Positions 22,451 through 33,326 of a stretch of DNA of 64,000 bases are shown piece after piece. Origin of the DNA: Candidatus Latescibacterota bacterium (GTDB lineage: Bacteria; Latescibacterota; UBA2968; GCA-2709665); contig OZ250150.1 of the NCBI GenBank assembly GCA_965237675.1, positions 1,440,001 through 1,504,000 on the forward strand. Reading direction: 5' to 3'. The notes beneath the pieces were generated by a model. It searched no databases. It worked only from the letters and a program-made list of their open reading frames with translations, and was not told where the DNA came from. Every line of letters begins with the position of its first letter. The stretch's first letter is position 1. The position numbers were made by a program, and so were the translations under genes.

Positions 22451-22966
22451 ATGAAGGGTCCCGGAATTGCAGCAGCAGTCGTTGCAGGAATCGCCATCGG
22501 CGTTATCGCCGTCGCCCACGAGGACCGCGACAAGGGTTCGGGGTCCGAATCCACGGCGTTCACCGCGACCACACCGATCCTGAACGTGGGAAGTGTCGAA
22601 GCGAGCATCCAGCACTACACCTCGGTTCTCGGCTTCAAAAAGGACTGGGATTGGCCTGCCAAGGAAGAGGACAAGACCTTTGCTTCTATTTCAAATGGCG
22701 ACGTGCACATCTTTCTCGCCGAAAATGCGCAGGGTGCCCGACCTGTGTGGATTTACTATAGCGTTGGTGATGTTGACGAGTTGCACGAGGAGTACGCGAA
22801 GGCGGGGGCGGACATAAGGGAGAAGCCCGCTGACCAGCCCTGGGGTGCGCGGGAAATGCTGGTTGCGGACATGGATGGCCATGTTCTGCGCATCGGCGGG
22901 CCGAGCAAGAAAGAGCACGGTGAGGGTAAGGAAAAACACGGTGAGACCGAGGAAGGGCACCATTAG
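22451..22966 (+). CDS. Secreted VOC/glyoxalase-bleomycin resistance family protein
   Basis: TPILNVGSVEASIQHYTSVLGF, DVDELHEE, PADQPWGAREMLVADMDGHVLRIG; signal peptide; His/Glu-rich tail. Confidence 0.85.
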   Translation: MKGPGIAAAVVAGIAIGVIAVAHEDRDKGSGSESTAFTATTPILNVGSVEASIQHYTSVLGFKKDWDWPAKEEDKTFASISNGDVHIFLAENAQGARPVWIYYSVGDVDELHEEYAKAGADIREKPADQPWGAREMLVADMDGHVLRIGGPSKKEHGEGKEKHGETEEGHH

Positions 22967-23050
22967 AGCGATAAGCAGGCGCGTGTAGAAGGGGAATGTT
23001 AGAATCTTTACTGCCCCTCTCCCGTCATCTCACATTTTTTATTTTTTTAC

Positions 23051-23225
23051 GCCCTTTTTCTTTCTCGCCAAAGAAAAAGGGCCAAAAAGAACGGCGTTGC
23101 TCAGACGCCGCAGGGCTGGTTTTTCCACGAATCTCTCCAGTAAATGGAACGTGAGACTGTGCCCTGAGACCCACAAAGCATGCACGCGACGGCGGTGCTG
23201 AACGGATCAGCGCGGAAAAACCCCC
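23051..23225. repeat. Structured intergenic element C, copy 1 (putative ncRNA/ssDNA element)
   Basis: Shares GCCCTTTTTCTT..AAGAAAAAGGGC CAAAAAGAACGGCG, the TTTTCCRCG..CGCGGAAAA stem, TGCCCT and ACGGA with four other copies. Confidence 0.8.
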
Positions 23226-23500
23226 AACCCCCAGACCGTTCGTGTGACAGGAGAACCTATGAAGCCGGGGGCTATTCCGCGCCGTCGTTGCATTTGTAGG
23301 GGCAGCACTTAGGTTTGCCCACGTCACGGCGCAAATATCGCTGGTTGACATCGCCGGTCCGTATCGCTAACCGGTGTTGGCTGACCGCTATCTGCTGACG
23401 GCTGCTTTACCCCGCCGGGCGGTCCTCTTGCTTCTCCCGTCTTCCGTCTTGCCTTCGTTTTTGAAATAGTTTATCTTAAGTTAATCTCTAGAAAGGATCC

Positions 23501-23749
23501 GTGATGCCAGAGATAATCAACGCCAAACAGCTGCGAGCGCGTTTGAAGGAGGTCGTCGCAAAGGTGCGGCACGGTGAGCGCTTTACGGTCCTGTATCGCA
23601 GTCGTCCGGCTTTTGACATCGTCCCCGTTGGCAGTCCAACGATGGGAAGCACGCCGCTCGAATCCGATTCACTCTACCAGGCCCCGCCCGTAGGCGCATC
23701 GGAATCGGGAGACGTTGCCGCACGGCATGACGAGGTGTTGTACCGGTGA
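23501..23749 (+). CDS. Phd/YefM-family antitoxin
   Basis: IINAKQLRARLKEVVAKVRHGERFTVLYRSRPAFDIVP; overlaps the toxin start (GTGA). Confidence 0.85.
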   Translation: MMPEIINAKQLRARLKEVVAKVRHGERFTVLYRSRPAFDIVPVGSPTMGSTPLESDSLYQAPPVGASESGDVAARHDEVLYR

Positions 23750-24153
23750 AAGAAATGTTCGCGGATACCGCGGGATGGGTTGCGGCGGCGGATAGCCGCG
23801 ATGCGAAGGGCTCAGCAGTACGGGAAGCGCGGGACCGCTGGCTGTCGTCCGGAGGCCTGTTGACGACGACCGACTACGTCATCGACGAGACGCTCACGAC
23901 CATCCGGTTCCGTCTTGGTCTCGATGCCGCCGAGGCCTGGTGGGTGCAAATCGACGGCTCATCCCGTCTGAGGATCGAGTCCATCGACGAAACGCGAAGA
24001 GAACGGGCGCGGTCACTCTTCTTCGGATATCGGGACAAGAAATTCTCCTTTACGGATTGCTGCAGCTTCGTTCTCATGCGAGAGTTGCGAATACAACGGG
24101 TGTTGACGCTGGACCATCATTTCCTACAGATGGGGTTTGAGGTAATTCCATGA
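23746..24153 (+). CDS. vapC: PIN-domain (VapC) toxin
   Basis: FADTAGWVA, TTDYVIDETLT, SFTDCCSF, LTLDHHF acidic PIN motifs. Confidence 0.9.
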   Translation: MKEMFADTAGWVAAADSRDAKGSAVREARDRWLSSGGLLTTTDYVIDETLTTIRFRLGLDAAEAWWVQIDGSSRLRIESIDETRRERARSLFFGYRDKKFSFTDCCSFVLMRELRIQRVLTLDHHFLQMGFEVIP

Positions 24154-24534
24154 ACCGGCTAGACGTAAGAGGGTAGAGGTGAGACGCGGAAAAATTCCCA
24201 ACAACAGCGGGCGGGTGAGAGGTAAGACCTGTGGGGACGTGAGAAAACCGGACCCATGGAACGGCCTGGAATTGAGTTGGCATTCGCACGAGTGTTTCGT
24301 AACAAGTGGACTCACCAGTTCGACCATCACATCTAAGGCGCTATTGTCGAGATCACATTGAAAGCGACCTCAAGGAAGCCCTCTTGCCGTCGTTTTTTTC
24401 TTGCCATTATCCCCCATTTCCGCGATCATATAGTTGGTTGCCTGCTGACGGCACGCGTCCTCAATGAAACATTCGGTATACTTGAATGTAAGCAAACTCA
24501 ATCCGTCTCCAACCCTTCATCGAAGGGCTGCACA

Positions 24535-24759
24535 ATGCCGATCATGCTCTCCAAAACCTACGCAGCCTTTGTCGCCGCGGGCACTCCGGACGCGCACGCC
24601 CGCGAAGCCGCCGAAGAAATCGCAGACTTCGAACACCGCCTAACGGGTATAGAGTCCCGCCTGCAGAACATCGAAGGCGACATCAGGCTTGTGAAGTGGA
24701 TGCTTGGTGTTGTCCTGGCATGTGTCGCCATTCCGCTGGTAAAGTCGTTGATCGGCTAA
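24535..24759 (+). CDS. Small coiled-coil protein with C-terminal TM helix
   Basis: TYAAFVAAG.PDAHAREAAEEIA..LVKWMLGVVLA; compact ORF. Confidence 0.6.
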   Translation: MPIMLSKTYAAFVAAGTPDAHAREAAEEIADFEHRLTGIESRLQNIEGDIRLVKWMLGVVLACVAIPLVKSLIG

Positions 24760-25349
24760 ACCCATCCGCCTGTGGTGCCCGCCTGTTGGTAGACAAGTGC
24801 CCGGCATTGCAGGCAGTTCTACCGTGCGCCCTCCAATAATTGTGCCCGATCGCAAGGCGTCGCGCAATTAACACCACCACCGAACCCCTCGAAGTTCGCG
24901 CCCCTTCTGCTGGCCTCCCTTCCGGTGCCCGTACACTCCCGCCATATACAACTAATTCCGCAATCATACTGATCGCCTGCCCTGTTAGATTCGGAGTGTA
25001 GGTTGTCTCTCCCCGAATCTTACTGATAGAGGCGTTTTTGCATCTTAGTCGGAGTGTCTCAGTGGATGTCGTCACACGTTTGTGCTCAGCCAATCGTCTT
25101 CTGGGTTATCCGACTCTTGCATTTGTATCACTTCGCGGATTTCGTCTCGAAGCTCTTCATTGTCATTTTTCATTATATGTCTCCTGACATTCCAGCTTAA
25201 GTACCGGAATCGAAATGCATTGGAGAAGCCTCTGCGAAGAAGATCAACGCCAATACCCGTAACTCGCGGGGTTGTTTATCGGTATTTTTCGTTTCTTCAC
25301 TCAATTCTCTTCGGGCTGTAGTCGTCCCGCATGTAGTCAACAGGCCTAA

Positions 25350-25508
25350 CAGCCCGTTGAAAAAGTCCATCCGGGCTGCATCCGGCCCTTGTGGCCGAAT
25401 TACTGCGTTGCACTCCCTCTCCGAATCCCCGATTCGACGCGGTCGCGCGCCTTGTCTTCGGCCACAATGACTCGGCCTCGCCTGCAGAGCGACTTTTTCA
25501 ACGGACTG
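25350..25508. mobile_element. 159-bp MITE, copy 1
   Basis: TIRs CAGCCCGTTGAAAAAGTC / GACTTTTTCAACGGACTG; 4-bp direct repeat CTAA on both sides; second copy at 37357-37516. Confidence 0.9.
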
Positions 25509-26044
25509 CTAAGGCCGTTATCAATGAGACTGTGGTTTCCTCGTGCACGTATCCATGCACGCACACATTTCAGCAAATTGCCGACGTTCTGAAGACTTGA
25601 GACCTCAAAGATCATGTGTTTCTGAAAGAGGAAGCCGAAGTGCTCCTGTAAAACAGCGCTGATAAGATGCATGATGTCATCGATTTCATCGTTGCTCAAC
25701 GGATAATCCGTTTGAATTGACTTCGTTTCGTCGAATTACTTTTTGTCCATATGGGCTATCGTTTTGTCCCTGTGCGCCTTGATTCGATCAATGACATCTT
25801 TCTGAGCTTCCAGTTGGGCAATCTGATCATCAATTGTGGCGCGATACTCTTGGGGTTGGATGGGTTCGTAGTCAGAATGGGTTGCATTGTAGCGAGTTGG
25901 CTTCATTGATGCTGCGTGCTCCTTCGCTTTTCTCAGCCAGTCAAGCAGCGATCTGTCCTCTGCCTCCGACAGGAACATTGACATTTCGACCAGGACTATT
26001 CGCGAAATGCTGTAGGTGGCAAGCTGAAAGAAGTAATGACCTAG

Positions 26045-27732
26045 CCCGATTAATTCATGAATCGTCAGATAGAGCATTTTAAGGAAGCAGAAAGAGCTTC
26101 CGAGTGAGACAAGAAACGAAAGCGCATGGGCTGTGACGGATTTGGCGTGTTCAAGCCGTTTGGGCGGCGCCTGCTTTGCCTCGTGACGTCAGGTTGACCT
26201 CGATGCCCGTGTCAAGCGCACAGACTTCTCCATGACCTTTGGTGGTGGTCGATGCAAATGTGAAGGCGGGGTCAGCACGTCGATGGGTTATGGAACACCC
26301 GTTGCCAGATTATAGAGGATCTTGCCATAAAGGTGTTTGAGTGGAAACGCCGTTGGCAGATGGAACTTGATTTTAGTTTTCAACTCACAAACGCGCCCGG
26401 CGACTTTCAAGAGACGATTTTGCAGGGTATTGAACTGTGCGTTGGTCCACTTCGTGCCGCGCAATCCGATTGCAGCCAGGCTGTGCATCAGGACATAGGC
26501 GGCGCTGTGGAGAAAGAGACGGAAGTGATTGGCCTGGAAGGTGTGACAAGAGGTGCGATCGGAATGGAGAAAGGTCTTGTGATTTTTGATGAAGTTTTCC
26601 ATCCTGCCGCGTGTGCAATAGGCGGTTTTGTAGATGAATGACGGTTGGGCGCGCTTCAGGTTGGTGACCACGAATCGGATATTGACACCTTGCGGTGTCA
26701 CTTCCGCCTTGCAGACGATGCGTTGTGGACACGCCCAGGTGCCGGCCTGATAGGCCCAACAGCGATAAAGGCGCACGGTTTCTCCGGAATCGGCATACCG
26801 CGTTTTGGCCTGGTCTATCAAGGACTGTGCCTTCCGCAGGAGTTTGGCGTTGCCGTTCTGTCCGAGGACAAAATACACATCTTCTTCCTCACACAACACG
26901 TGCACTTCCGGACACGAAAAATGCGCATCGCCACGTAACAGGATCTCCACGTCGGGCCAGGCTTTACGCAGGTAGGCGATCACCCGTTTGAGGATGGTGA
27001 CGATCTCTTTACCCGCAGGCCGCCTGCCAGGACGCAAGACCGTCGTGATCAACTTGCCGGTTTGGCCTTCATAGATATGCAGGGGCTGGTAGCAATAGCC
27101 ATTGAAATACGCATTGAACAACGACAACTGTTGAGACCCATGCACCTTGTCTTCGGTGTCATCGATGTCCAACAGAATGGCTTCCGGCGGTTCCTCATAC
27201 GAGGCGACAAACACATCCGCAAAGGCCTTGGCGATCCGATACAAATCGGTTCTGCTGATGCGGTTCTCGAACCGACTCATCGTGGGCTGACTGGCCAGGT
27301 CCGCGCCAGACAACGGCAACCGATCACAGGCCGCCTTGAAGCCGGGGTCCTCGCGTAACGTCTTGCAATCATTCGCATCCTCATACCCACAGGCCATCTG
27401 AAAGACACGTTGTTTGATCAGGTCCATCATCGAATGATGTACGTAACTTTGATGTCGATGATCGGTGAGCGCCGCAACCATCCGATGCAAAATGCCGACA
27501 TTGGCCTCGACCTCACGAAGCAGCATCACCCCGACGTCGGTCGTCAGCACGCCCCCGTCGAACGTGGCTTCTACCTGCCTACCAGAAAGACTTGCGAAAG
27601 ACAACCTGTGATGTTTATCTTGAACTCCCACGGTAGTTTCCTCCTGTTTCATTGTTATTAGGTTATTTGCGTAACCATAATATAATACAATGACTTGGGT
27701 ATGGAAACTACCTTTTTTGTGAATTATTCAGG
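26045..27732 (-). mobile_element. IS1380-family insertion sequence
   Basis: Imperfect TIRs CCCGATTAATTCAT / CCTGAATAATTCAC; 4-bp target duplication CTAG (26041-44, 27733-36). Confidence 0.9.
26288..27652 (-). CDS. IS1380-family DDE transposase
   Basis: FDGGVLTTDVG, GYEDAND..LREDP, LASQPTMSRFEN, LDIDDT, LRGDAHF, RGRMENFIK. Confidence 0.93.
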   Translation of the reverse strand: MKQEETTVGVQDKHHRLSFASLSGRQVEATFDGGVLTTDVGVMLLREVEANVGILHRMVAALTDHRHQSYVHHSMMDLIKQRVFQMACGYEDANDCKTLREDPGFKAACDRLPLSGADLASQPTMSRFENRISRTDLYRIAKAFADVFVASYEEPPEAILLDIDDTEDKVHGSQQLSLFNAYFNGYCYQPLHIYEGQTGKLITTVLRPGRRPAGKEIVTILKRVIAYLRKAWPDVEILLRGDAHFSCPEVHVLCEEEDVYFVLGQNGNAKLLRKAQSLIDQAKTRYADSGETVRLYRCWAYQAGTWACPQRIVCKAEVTPQGVNIRFVVTNLKRAQPSFIYKTAYCTRGRMENFIKNHKTFLHSDRTSCHTFQANHFRLFLHSAAYVLMHSLAAIGLRGTKWTNAQFNTLQNRLLKVAGRVCELKTKIKFHLPTAFPLKHLYGKILYNLATGVP

Positions 27733-28024
27733 CTAGGTTAAATGCCTCGATGTTGTCCGGTGATTTTGCATTTGTGGTCCATTCAGAGATACTGTTGAGT
27801 TGTTGACGCAAGCTGTTGATATTGAGATATCGATTAACCAGCTTCTCAAGATAGCTCCGAAGTTCATCAGGCGGATTTTTCATCGAAAACGACCTCCCAA
27901 ATGTGATTCGGGCTGCAATGAGATGTGCCCTATTGGCCTTCATGCCCTGCAAATTTGGTTCTGTTGAATTGTCAGGTTTCGGTTTTCATCCTGTCCATCC
28001 TGTTTATCCATGTTACCCTGCTCT

Positions 28025-28288
28025 TCATTTCACCAGCCCCTTTCCCCGTCCCCGGCGCAACGCCAGTTTCTGATCCGCGCGACGTGACGGATAGGCCGTG
28101 ACGACCCGATCGTCGCGGATAACGACCTTGCGATTCTTGATTTGGCGGATGGCATCCCGGTTACGCATCAGCCAGGTGTCGTTGTCAACCCGTGTTCCGT
28201 ACTTCTCAATGAGCCGGATATCTCTCTCGCGAATACCGCGCTGCTGCATGCGCGTCCGGCCATGTTTTGTGCAATCGATATCGTTCAT
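28025..28288 (-). CDS. Small DUF4258-like basic protein (possible toxin)
   Basis: TKHGRTRMQQRGI..VVIRDDRVVTAY pattern. Confidence 0.55.
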   Translation of the reverse strand: MNDIDCTKHGRTRMQQRGIRERDIRLIEKYGTRVDNDTWLMRNRDAIRQIKNRKVVIRDDRVVTAYPSRRADQKLALRRGRGKGLVK

Positions 28289-28500
28289 TCGTCGTCTTTT
28301 TCGTTGTCTGGATCTTTCCCCAGAGTATAAATTTCCTCCAACATCCTTGTTATCCTCATTAATTCACACAAAAGGAAGTCTCCTTGCTCAAGTCATTGTA
28401 TTCTGGTTACTTAATTAACCTTATAACAATGAACCTGGAGCAACCTGGCGTGGAGGCTCAAGATAATCATCACAGAATCCTTTTCGCGAGTCTTTAGTGA

Positions 28501-28755
28501 GGACCTCTCCTCCCGGCCCCGTCTCCTGCGAGGAGAGGGGGAGTTGAACCAGGCGTTGCGTAAATACTGTTTTTTTACGCTCTGATTGATCGGAGAATGT
28601 CACCTCGTCACTTTCTCGATCGCAACACGCTGACCTATTACAATATTTCGCCGGGATTTTTTCAACAATGGAAACGTCTTCAGCCAATCCAACGGTTCAT
28701 TAACCGATCACGGTTCCCCCTTCCTCTCAGGAAGGGGGTTAGGGGGTAGGTCTCG
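28501..28755. repeat. REP doublet (family E), reverse-oriented diverged copy
   Basis: GGACCTCTCCTCCCGGCCCC..GGAGAGGGGGAG and TTCCCCCTTCCT..AGGAAGGGGGTTAGGGGGTAGGTCTCG match the reverse complement of 38911-39093. Confidence 0.7.
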
Positions 28756-28888
28756 CAGGTCTCGCCAGAGCTGTCGTTCTTCTTCTAACATGTCAGCCCG
28801 CAAACCTCACGCCGACTTCACTTTCTCGATTCACTCGGAAGCTGTTTCTGCTTCCTGATACCGCTATCCGTGACAATTCATGAATTAA

Positions 28889-29827
28889 TCAGGTTATTTT
28901 GTTCGATGGATCACTGGACACGCTACGTACTAATACTTCGCTCAGTTCCTTGTAGATGTTTGGCAGTTTCCCTTCAAGCCACTTCTGACGCTCCTCGGCT
29001 TGGTCATCCGCCATCAGGTCTTCTGGGATCTCGGACAGCCGCGCACATCCGGTTTCAAGAGTTCTTCTGGCATTGGAGGAGCCATTTGTCACGCGTTCGA
29101 TCTCATCATGCCAGAGGTTATAGTCGGGGAATTCCGCCGGTGAGCCAAAACTGAGATCGCCTTTGTCCAGGTCTACAACGCCAGGGATCGCGAGTTCGGC
29201 CGCCAACTTGTACAAATAGCTTGCGAATGGATTGTTTTCTGTGGGATCGAAGGCTTGGTCTGTCATTCCACCGCTATCATCGAGCAGATGTTCGCCGAAG
29301 AGATCGTTCTCGTGAATAGAGTTATGTTCTGCGCCTCCATTCATATCCGCGACCACGAGGGCACTCACGAATACGCCATGCCCAGACGCGATTTGCTCGA
29401 AATGGCTATTTGCTTCGTGCAATTCCTTGCGCCTATGGGCGAGACTTCCTTCGGCCAGAAGAACGAAGAAGAGCGGCGCCATCGTGATAATATCGGTGGC
29501 GTTAACGCCGTATCGGCGTTTGATCAGATCGTACGCCAGTCGGACCTTCGGCGGGATCTGCGCGCCGATCTGGATGGGGTCCGGATCGGCCTCGGGCGCC
29601 TTGTCGGACTCCGGAAGCGGCAATTCACCCTTGAGCACACCCGGTTCGACGTCAAGCGCTTTGGCCAAGAGATTCACGGTGTCCTCCCGAGTGTTCTGGC
29701 ACCGTTCCGGTTCGTTTTCCAGCCGCTGAATCGTGCGGGCGGAGATTCCGGACCGGTCGGCCAGATGCCGACGTGACAGCCGTTTTCCCTTGCGTAGGTT
29801 GAGGAGGCGATCATGTTCGATTTTCAT
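28889..29827 (-). CDS. XRE-family HTH transcriptional regulator with long C-terminal domain
   Basis: LLNLRKGKRLSRRHLADRSGISARTIQRLEN..TVNLLAKALDVEPGVL; RBS AAGGAG. Confidence 0.85.
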   Translation of the reverse strand: MKIEHDRLLNLRKGKRLSRRHLADRSGISARTIQRLENEPERCQNTREDTVNLLAKALDVEPGVLKGELPLPESDKAPEADPDPIQIGAQIPPKVRLAYDLIKRRYGVNATDIITMAPLFFVLLAEGSLAHRRKELHEANSHFEQIASGHGVFVSALVVADMNGGAEHNSIHENDLFGEHLLDDSGGMTDQAFDPTENNPFASYLYKLAAELAIPGVVDLDKGDLSFGSPAEFPDYNLWHDEIERVTNGSSNARRTLETGCARLSEIPEDLMADDQAEERQKWLEGKLPNIYKELSEVLVRSVSSDPSNKIT

Positions 29828-30064
29828 GGCGTAGCTCCTTTATTTTTTCAAGGCGGGTTGCCTTGCAATCGAGACGCCATGAATATATCTGAATATTGTT
29901 TGTATTATAAGAGGCTATATAGAGAAATATCTACAATATTATTATATATAAATAGGAAATATTGCCTATAATGACCGTTTTAGCTTGTGAAAATCCGCTT
30001 CTGTCTGCCAACCCGATGCAAGAGATTAGACAAATGCGGACATTGCGCCGGGGACCCCTCACGC

Positions 30065-30426
30065 GGGCGACCACAAGGGTCGCCCCTACAAATGCAACAT
30101 GAGCGCGGACATCGGCAAATTGATATGGCACGGTTGATGCTGGCCGCTATTTGCTGCCCGGGAGCGGTCTCGATACGAACTTCCGGGAAGGTCCGTGACG
30201 TCCGGCCTGCATGCGCTTCCACCAACGCGATGGTATACCACCTCTACGCTTCCCTTTGTGCTTGCAAGGCGACATGATTATGGCTTTAATGACAGGCATG
30301 GCGCATCCATATCAACATACGGGCGGTTCACGAACCGCCCCTACGAGAAACCGTGACGACGGTCATCGAAACCGACGACGGCGTTGATTTTGGTGCCGCC
30401 CGGGCGACCACAAGGGTCGCCCCTAC
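30065..30426. repeat. Cluster of three GTAG-type REP palindromes
   Basis: GGGCGACCACAAGGGTCGCCCCTAC at 30065 and 30402; GGGCGGTTCACGAACCGCCCCTAC at 30321; relatives near 36084, 39249 and 46889-48860. Confidence 0.8.
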
Positions 30427-30580
30427 AAAAACGAAACATCCGTGAATTGATATCACCGCCGTTGAGCTGACCGCTGAATGCTGTAAGCTATTCGCTGTAT
30501 TCCCCTTTGTGTATACGTATGAGTACAGTTCCGTACGCTCGCAAACAGGAAGCCAATGTAAATTCGGTTTGTAGTACCAA

Positions 30581-30930
30581 CCGGAGGACCACCAGAGCAG
30601 AGCGCGCTATTCCGTTCATCTCGGAGATCGGGTACCCGCCCTCGCTGGTAGGGCAACGGGTTGTGTGCATCCTGTGAGGGTGTTCGCGCTGTGCATAAGT
30701 ACGGCCCCGCGCCCAGCGGCGACTTTTGGTTACATAATGCGGTAAGAAGAAAGAGGCAAGAAGGGAGAGGGGTTGGTAACTTTGTCATATGACACCCTCG
30801 GAGCCGGACTTTCGCTAAAGGGAATACAGAAGTGGATCGCGAAAGAGGGCGCGTAACCGGTGGGTGGCTGAGTGGCCTTCTTACCTCTACCGTCTTACGT
30901 CTCACGGTTTTAAGGAACCCTCCGGAGGCA
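30581..30930. repeat. 350-bp direct repeat, copy 1
   Basis: Identical by eye to 31459-31808 (offset 878). Confidence 0.92.
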
Positions 30931-31048
30931 TGGAATCTGGGGAGATGTGGGTTTTGTTTTTGTCTTTTGCTTCTCGCTTCCCGCCGAAGGCAGGAAACTT
31001 GGGGAGAGGTTGTGATTTTGGAGTTAAATTCTTATTTATTATTTTCAC

Positions 31049-31223
31049 GCCCTTTTTCTTGTACGCCCAAGAAAAAGGGCCAAAAAGAACGGCGCCGCTC
31101 AAACGCCGCGGGGCTGCTTTTCCGCGAAACCCCTCAACAGTGTCGACACGCTTTGGTGCCCTTTGTCCCTTCCATCCGTTCCTGAACCATGGTGCTGGAC
31201 GGAATAGCGCGGAAAAGCCCCCC
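31049..31223. repeat. Structured intergenic element C, copy 2
   Basis: Same scaffold as copy 1; stem variant GCTTTTCCGCG/CGCGGAAAAGC. Confidence 0.8.
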
Positions 31224-31458
31224 ACGCAGCCACCGGGCGGGTTAGAGTGAAGCGCGAGGGACCGCGGGGTGCTCTGACCGTTGTACGCAGGACATTTCGC
31301 GCCGTTGTTGGAATTGTAGGGCCACCCACGGGTCGCCCACGTCAGGGCAATGTTATGGGTAATGGTCTTCGCCAAGCCATATTGCAACGGACTCTCGCCG
31401 AGTTGAAGTTGACCGCTCATCTTCCGAAAGCCAGTCGGTTTTCGATCGCGAGCCCTGT

Positions 31459-31808
31459 CCGGAGGACCACCAGAGCAGAGCGCGCTATTCCGTTCATCTC
31501 GGAGATCGGGTACCCGCCCTCGCTGGTAGGGCAACGGGTTGTGTGCATCCTGTGAGGGTGTTCGCGCTGTGCATAAGTACGGCCCCGCGCCCAGCGGCGA
31601 CTTTTGGTTACATAATGCGGTAAGAAGAAAGAGGCAAGAAGGGAGAGGGGTTGGTAACTTTGTCATATGACACCCTCGGAGCCGGACTTTCGCTAAAGGG
31701 AATACAGAAGTGGATCGCGAAAGAGGGCGCGTAACCGGTGGGTGGCTGAGTGGCCTTCTTACCTCTACCGTCTTACGTCTCACGGTTTTAAGGAACCCTC
31801 CGGAGGCA
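31459..31808. repeat. 350-bp direct repeat, copy 2
   Basis: Identical by eye to 30581-30930. Confidence 0.92.
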
Positions 31809-31885
31809 GGGAATTTGGGGAGAGGTGGAATGGTAGAATCTTTACCATTCCTCCTCCCCTCATCTCACATTTCTTATTTTTCTCC

Positions 31886-32060
31886 GCCCTTTTTCTTTCT
31901 CGCCAGAGAAAAAGGGCCAAAAAGAACGGCGCTGCCCAGACGCCGCAGGGCTGGTTTTTCCGCGAATTACCTTTGGGGCATAACCTGGTCCGGTGCCCTG
32001 CATACCCATGCGCATACACCAGACGGCGGTGCTGAACGGAAAAACGCGGAAAAACCCCCC
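31886..32060. repeat. Structured intergenic element C, copy 3
   Basis: Same scaffold as the other copies. Confidence 0.8.
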
Positions 32061-32215
32061 ACACCACCACCGGGCGGGGGAGAGCGAAACGCGAGGGACC
32101 GCAGGCCCTTCCACCGCCCCTACGAATGCAACATGGTCGCGAGGTTTGGGGGTCGCGGGGTGGTCCTCTTGCTTCTTCCTTCTTGCGTCTCACGCTTTTC
32201 TTGATGGAGCTTGCC

Positions 32216-33121
32216 ATGGATCGTGATGAAGTTCGGGCGCATCTGACAGGGATCATTTCGTCGATCGCGACGCCGTTCAATCAGGACGGCAGCGTGGACT
32301 ACGATGGCTTGCGGAACCAGATCGATTTCGTGCTGGCGGGGGGAAGCCGCACCGTGCTGCTGACGGTGGGCGACAGCCACTATATCTGTATGTCCGAGGC
32401 GGAAATCGCGGAGGTGACGCGGGTCGCGTGCGAGCATACGGCCGGCCGGGGGATGGTGGTGGCGGCCGATCGGTATTACGATACGCGGCGCTCGGTCGCC
32501 TTTGCGTCGTTCGCGAAGGACCTGGGAGCCGACGTGCTGATGGTGTTGCCACCGAACTGGGGGCCGTCCTGTACGGTGGAAACGATGGTCGAACACTACG
32601 GCGAGGTGTCCGGGACGATGCCGGTTATGATCGTAACGGGCGCCTTTTCCGCGCACGGGCCGGAGTTCGGACTGGAGGTCATAGATGAAACGTTGAATCG
32701 ATTCGAAAATGTCGTCGCCATCAAGGATGACATGTGCGGGGATTTCGCGCGGCGGCTGTGCCTGGTCGCGCACGAACGGGTGGCCGTATTCGCCGGGGGG
32801 CAGAAGGTGAACCACATCAATATGTGGCCGTACGGATGCGATGGGTATATGTCGACGTATATCACCTTCAAGCCGGAGGTCGCGCGGCGATATTGGGACG
32901 CGATTCAGAATACGGACGTCAAAGCGGCGAGGACGATTATCCGGGAATACGACATGCCGTTTTTCGACTGTATCGGAAAGCTGACCGGCGGGTGGAACGC
33001 GGGGTTTCACGGGGCGATGGAGATCTTCGGCGTGGCGAAGCGATGGCGCCGGAAGCCCTACTATTCATTGAACGACGAGGAGATGGAGGGTCTGAGGGAA
33101 TTCTTCAGAAGCTGTCTTTAA
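32216..33121 (+). CDS. Dihydrodipicolinate synthase / N-acetylneuraminate lyase family aldolase
   Basis: TPFNQDGSVDYDGL, LGADVLMVLPP, NVVAIKD Schiff-base lysine. Confidence 0.85.
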   Translation: MDRDEVRAHLTGIISSIATPFNQDGSVDYDGLRNQIDFVLAGGSRTVLLTVGDSHYICMSEAEIAEVTRVACEHTAGRGMVVAADRYYDTRRSVAFASFAKDLGADVLMVLPPNWGPSCTVETMVEHYGEVSGTMPVMIVTGAFSAHGPEFGLEVIDETLNRFENVVAIKDDMCGDFARRLCLVAHERVAVFAGGQKVNHINMWPYGCDGYMSTYITFKPEVARRYWDAIQNTDVKAARTIIREYDMPFFDCIGKLTGGWNAGFHGAMEIFGVAKRWRRKPYYSLNDEEMEGLREFFRSCL

Positions 33122-33326
33122 ATTCCTGGTGCGTTTCCGAGCGCGAGCGAAAAGGTGTCGGACCAGGCGGGCGAATCCGACTGTGAGAGGCGAGCGAGCG
33201 CAGCCTCGACCTCGAAGGACGGGTGGATTTGACCAACGCCGACCGACGCCTTTGCAGCCGCGCGAAGACCGCCGGGGGTTTTGAGACAGCTTCTTAGGTC
33301 GAAAAAGCTTCTGCAGGTGCGCTGAA

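Larger units (their letters stand above)
25297..27883 (-). pseudogene. AbiU2-like HEPN-domain protein (~243 aa reconstructed), disrupted by IS1380, a TAA and a MITE
   Basis: Removing the IS and the MITE restores one frame MKNPPDELRSY..AFNLGHYFFQ..HRDKTIAHMDKK*FDE..DNGLRPVDYMRDDYSPKRIE; RDKTIAH resembles the HEPN Rx4-6H motif. Confidence 0.7.

Noticed and set aside
24870-25175. Small minus-strand gene (MKNDNEELRDEIREVIQ...)
   Set aside because: Has an RBS but stops after 33 codons; no family could be assigned
1302-25738. Stop-codon recoding (Sec, Pyl or alternative genetic code) to explain in-frame stops
   Set aside because: Three different stops are involved (TGA, TAG, TAA), all three end normal genes here, and the positions are not catalytic Cys/Lys sites
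30453-32280. ORFs across the repeat region (e.g. 30902..31783, FFLYAQEKGPKRTA peptides)
   Set aside because: Translations of non-coding repeats; frames are not conserved among copies
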